Assembly: GCA_002499085.1 (NCBI GenBank)
Contig: DAKD01000027.1
Location: forward strand, 12,324 to 76,323
Length of the DNA stretch: 64,000 nt
Direction: 5' to 3'
Source: Methanomassiliicoccales archaeon UBA280
Lineage (GTDB): Archaea; Thermoplasmatota; Thermoplasmata; SG8-5
Part shown: one piece after another, positions 63,296 through 64,000 of the stretch
Position numbering within the stretch: the first letter of the stretch is position 1
Layout: every line of letters begins with the position of its first letter
The notes under the pieces: model-generated
What the model saw: the letters and a program-made list of their open reading frames with translations, nothing else
What the model was told of the DNA's origin: nothing
Databases searched by the model: none
Program-made: the position numbers and the translations under genes

Positions 63296-63312
63296 GACTT
63301 TAAGTGCAACGC
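63296..63312. repeat. right terminal inverted repeat
   Basis: See the mobile element entry. Subterminal GACCCTAAAGTA (63252-63263) and GACCCAGAAGTA (63272-63283) precede it. Confidence 0.8.
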
Positions 63313-63432
63313 TGTTGATTGCCGTAATATTTTCAATATGTAATATAAAAATATGATGGGTATGTCGCAGAAATGAGGTCAAATATATGGTTTCAAAAAG
63401 TTTTATATGGAAGTTACTGCCTTGTGTTCATT

Positions 63433-64000
63433 GTGAAGCCCAGAAACGAGACTGTGACTGATCTGCATGGCATGCTTCTGAGGGCCGGTTTTGCCGCTTC
63501 GGACCCCAAAGACCTTGTCCACTCGGGGTTCGACATAGTCGCCAGAAGGGACCAGGTCATCCTTGTCATCAAAGTTGTAACCAATGCGAACTCCCTCAAC
63601 GAAGAGATGCTCACCGGGATGAAGACGCTCTCCAACGCAGTAAGGGGTTCCGCGATCCTAATCGCCCTTAAATCCGGAACAGAACCGATTGAAGACGGCG
63701 TCGTATACACAAGGACCGGTATACCGATGATTTCTCTGGGTACGCTGAGAGACCTCATTGAGGATGGCATCCCCCCGATAGTTTATGCGGCCAGCGGCGG
63801 CTTCTATGTCGAGGTGGACTCGGAGGTCCTGAGGAAGGCAAGGGACGGGGGGCTTTCTCTGGGCGACATTGCGGAAATGGCCGGGGTGACCAGGCGCACG
63901 ATAAAGATGTACGAGGACGGGATGAGCGCGAAACTGGATGTGGCTCTTCGGATTGAGAAGGGCCTTGGAAAGGAGATCATATTGCCTCTGGACCCGCTGT
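63433..64000 (+). CDS. conserved archaeal HTH (Xre-type) regulator with N-terminal nuclease-like domain (COG1395-like), 3' end outside window
   Basis: My own translation, because the ORF is absent from the track (it has no stop before the window end): VKPRNETVTDLHGMLLRAGF..GFDIVARRD...GIPMISLGTLRDLI...GLSLGDIAEMAGVTRRTIKMYEDG. The start is uncertain: GTG 63433 or ATG 63373. Confidence 0.65.
   Translation, partial: MKPRNETVTDLHGMLLRAGFAASDPKDLVHSGFDIVARRDQVILVIKVVTNANSLNEEMLTGMKTLSNAVRGSAILIALKSGTEPIEDGVVYTRTGIPMISLGTLRDLIEDGIPPIVYAASGGFYVEVDSEVLRKARDGGLSLGDIAEMAGVTRRTIKMYEDGMSAKLDVALRIEKGLGKEIILPLDPL

Larger units (their letters stand above)
59509..63312. mobile_element. 3.8-kb transposon with 17-bp imperfect TIRs and 9-bp target-site duplication, carrying a transposase plus a restriction-modification cassette
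   Basis: The left TIR is GCGTTGCACCTAAAGTC (59509-59525). The right TIR is GACTTTAAGTGCAACGC (63296-63312), matching 16 of 17 positions. The direct 9-mer GTTGATTGC lies at 59499-59507 and 63314-63322. The interior is visibly AT-richer than the flanks. Confidence 0.8.

Noticed and set aside
1-64000. In-frame TAG (pyrrolysine-type) read-through genes or methylamine methyltransferases
   Set aside because: None of the confident genes needs read-through of TAG. The only interrupted gene has a TGA.

Overview
This is a high-GC archaeal chromosome segment. Evidence for archaeal origin: family-B DNA polymerase, FEN1, an A1:U72 initiator tRNA with introns, TATA-box promoters 25-35 nt upstream of gene starts, IorAB, and a psd/pssA lipid pair. 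I cannot determine the lineage by eye.

Housekeeping genes: 2-oxoacid:ferredoxin oxidoreductase subunits, iorAB, gcvH, fen, malic enzyme, an OBG/YchF-type GTPase, polB, psd-pssA, pdxS, glyA, a radical SAM enzyme, an MFS transporter, DedA, a ThiF/E1-like enzyme and a GT2 glycosyltransferase.

Four less ordinary blocks are interspersed:
- A co-directional 18-kb surface-protein island (11069-29097). It holds four tandem, translationally coupled family-5 solute-binding-protein paralogs with Ig-like extensions and C-terminal membrane anchors, plus two SBBP beta-propeller/PKD proteins. No ABC permease or ATPase is present in the window.
- A 2322-aa bitopic giant protein (41794-48762). Its cytoplasmic part has HhH motifs, eight zinc ribbons, TPR and an N-G repeat tract. 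Its extracellular part is a duplicated [lamin-tail domain + 2x DUF11] block.
- An initiator tRNA-Met gene split by two introns (57508-57740), one of them about 128 nt in the T-loop.
- A 3.8-kb AT-rich transposon (59509-63312) with 17-bp terminal inverted repeats and a 9-bp target duplication. It carries a SWIM/DDE transposase and an AbrB-methyltransferase-endonuclease cassette.

Smaller signals:
- duplicated promoter modules around a low-GC insert (19.4-19.8 kb)
- a duplicated gene 3' end (30.2-30.6 kb)
- an in-frame TGA in an ORF6N gene
- G-rich tandem repeats
- hairpin-dense intergenic regions that may encode ncRNAs

I saw no CRISPR array and no rRNA. All calls come from reading the sequence and the ORF track. 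No searches were run.
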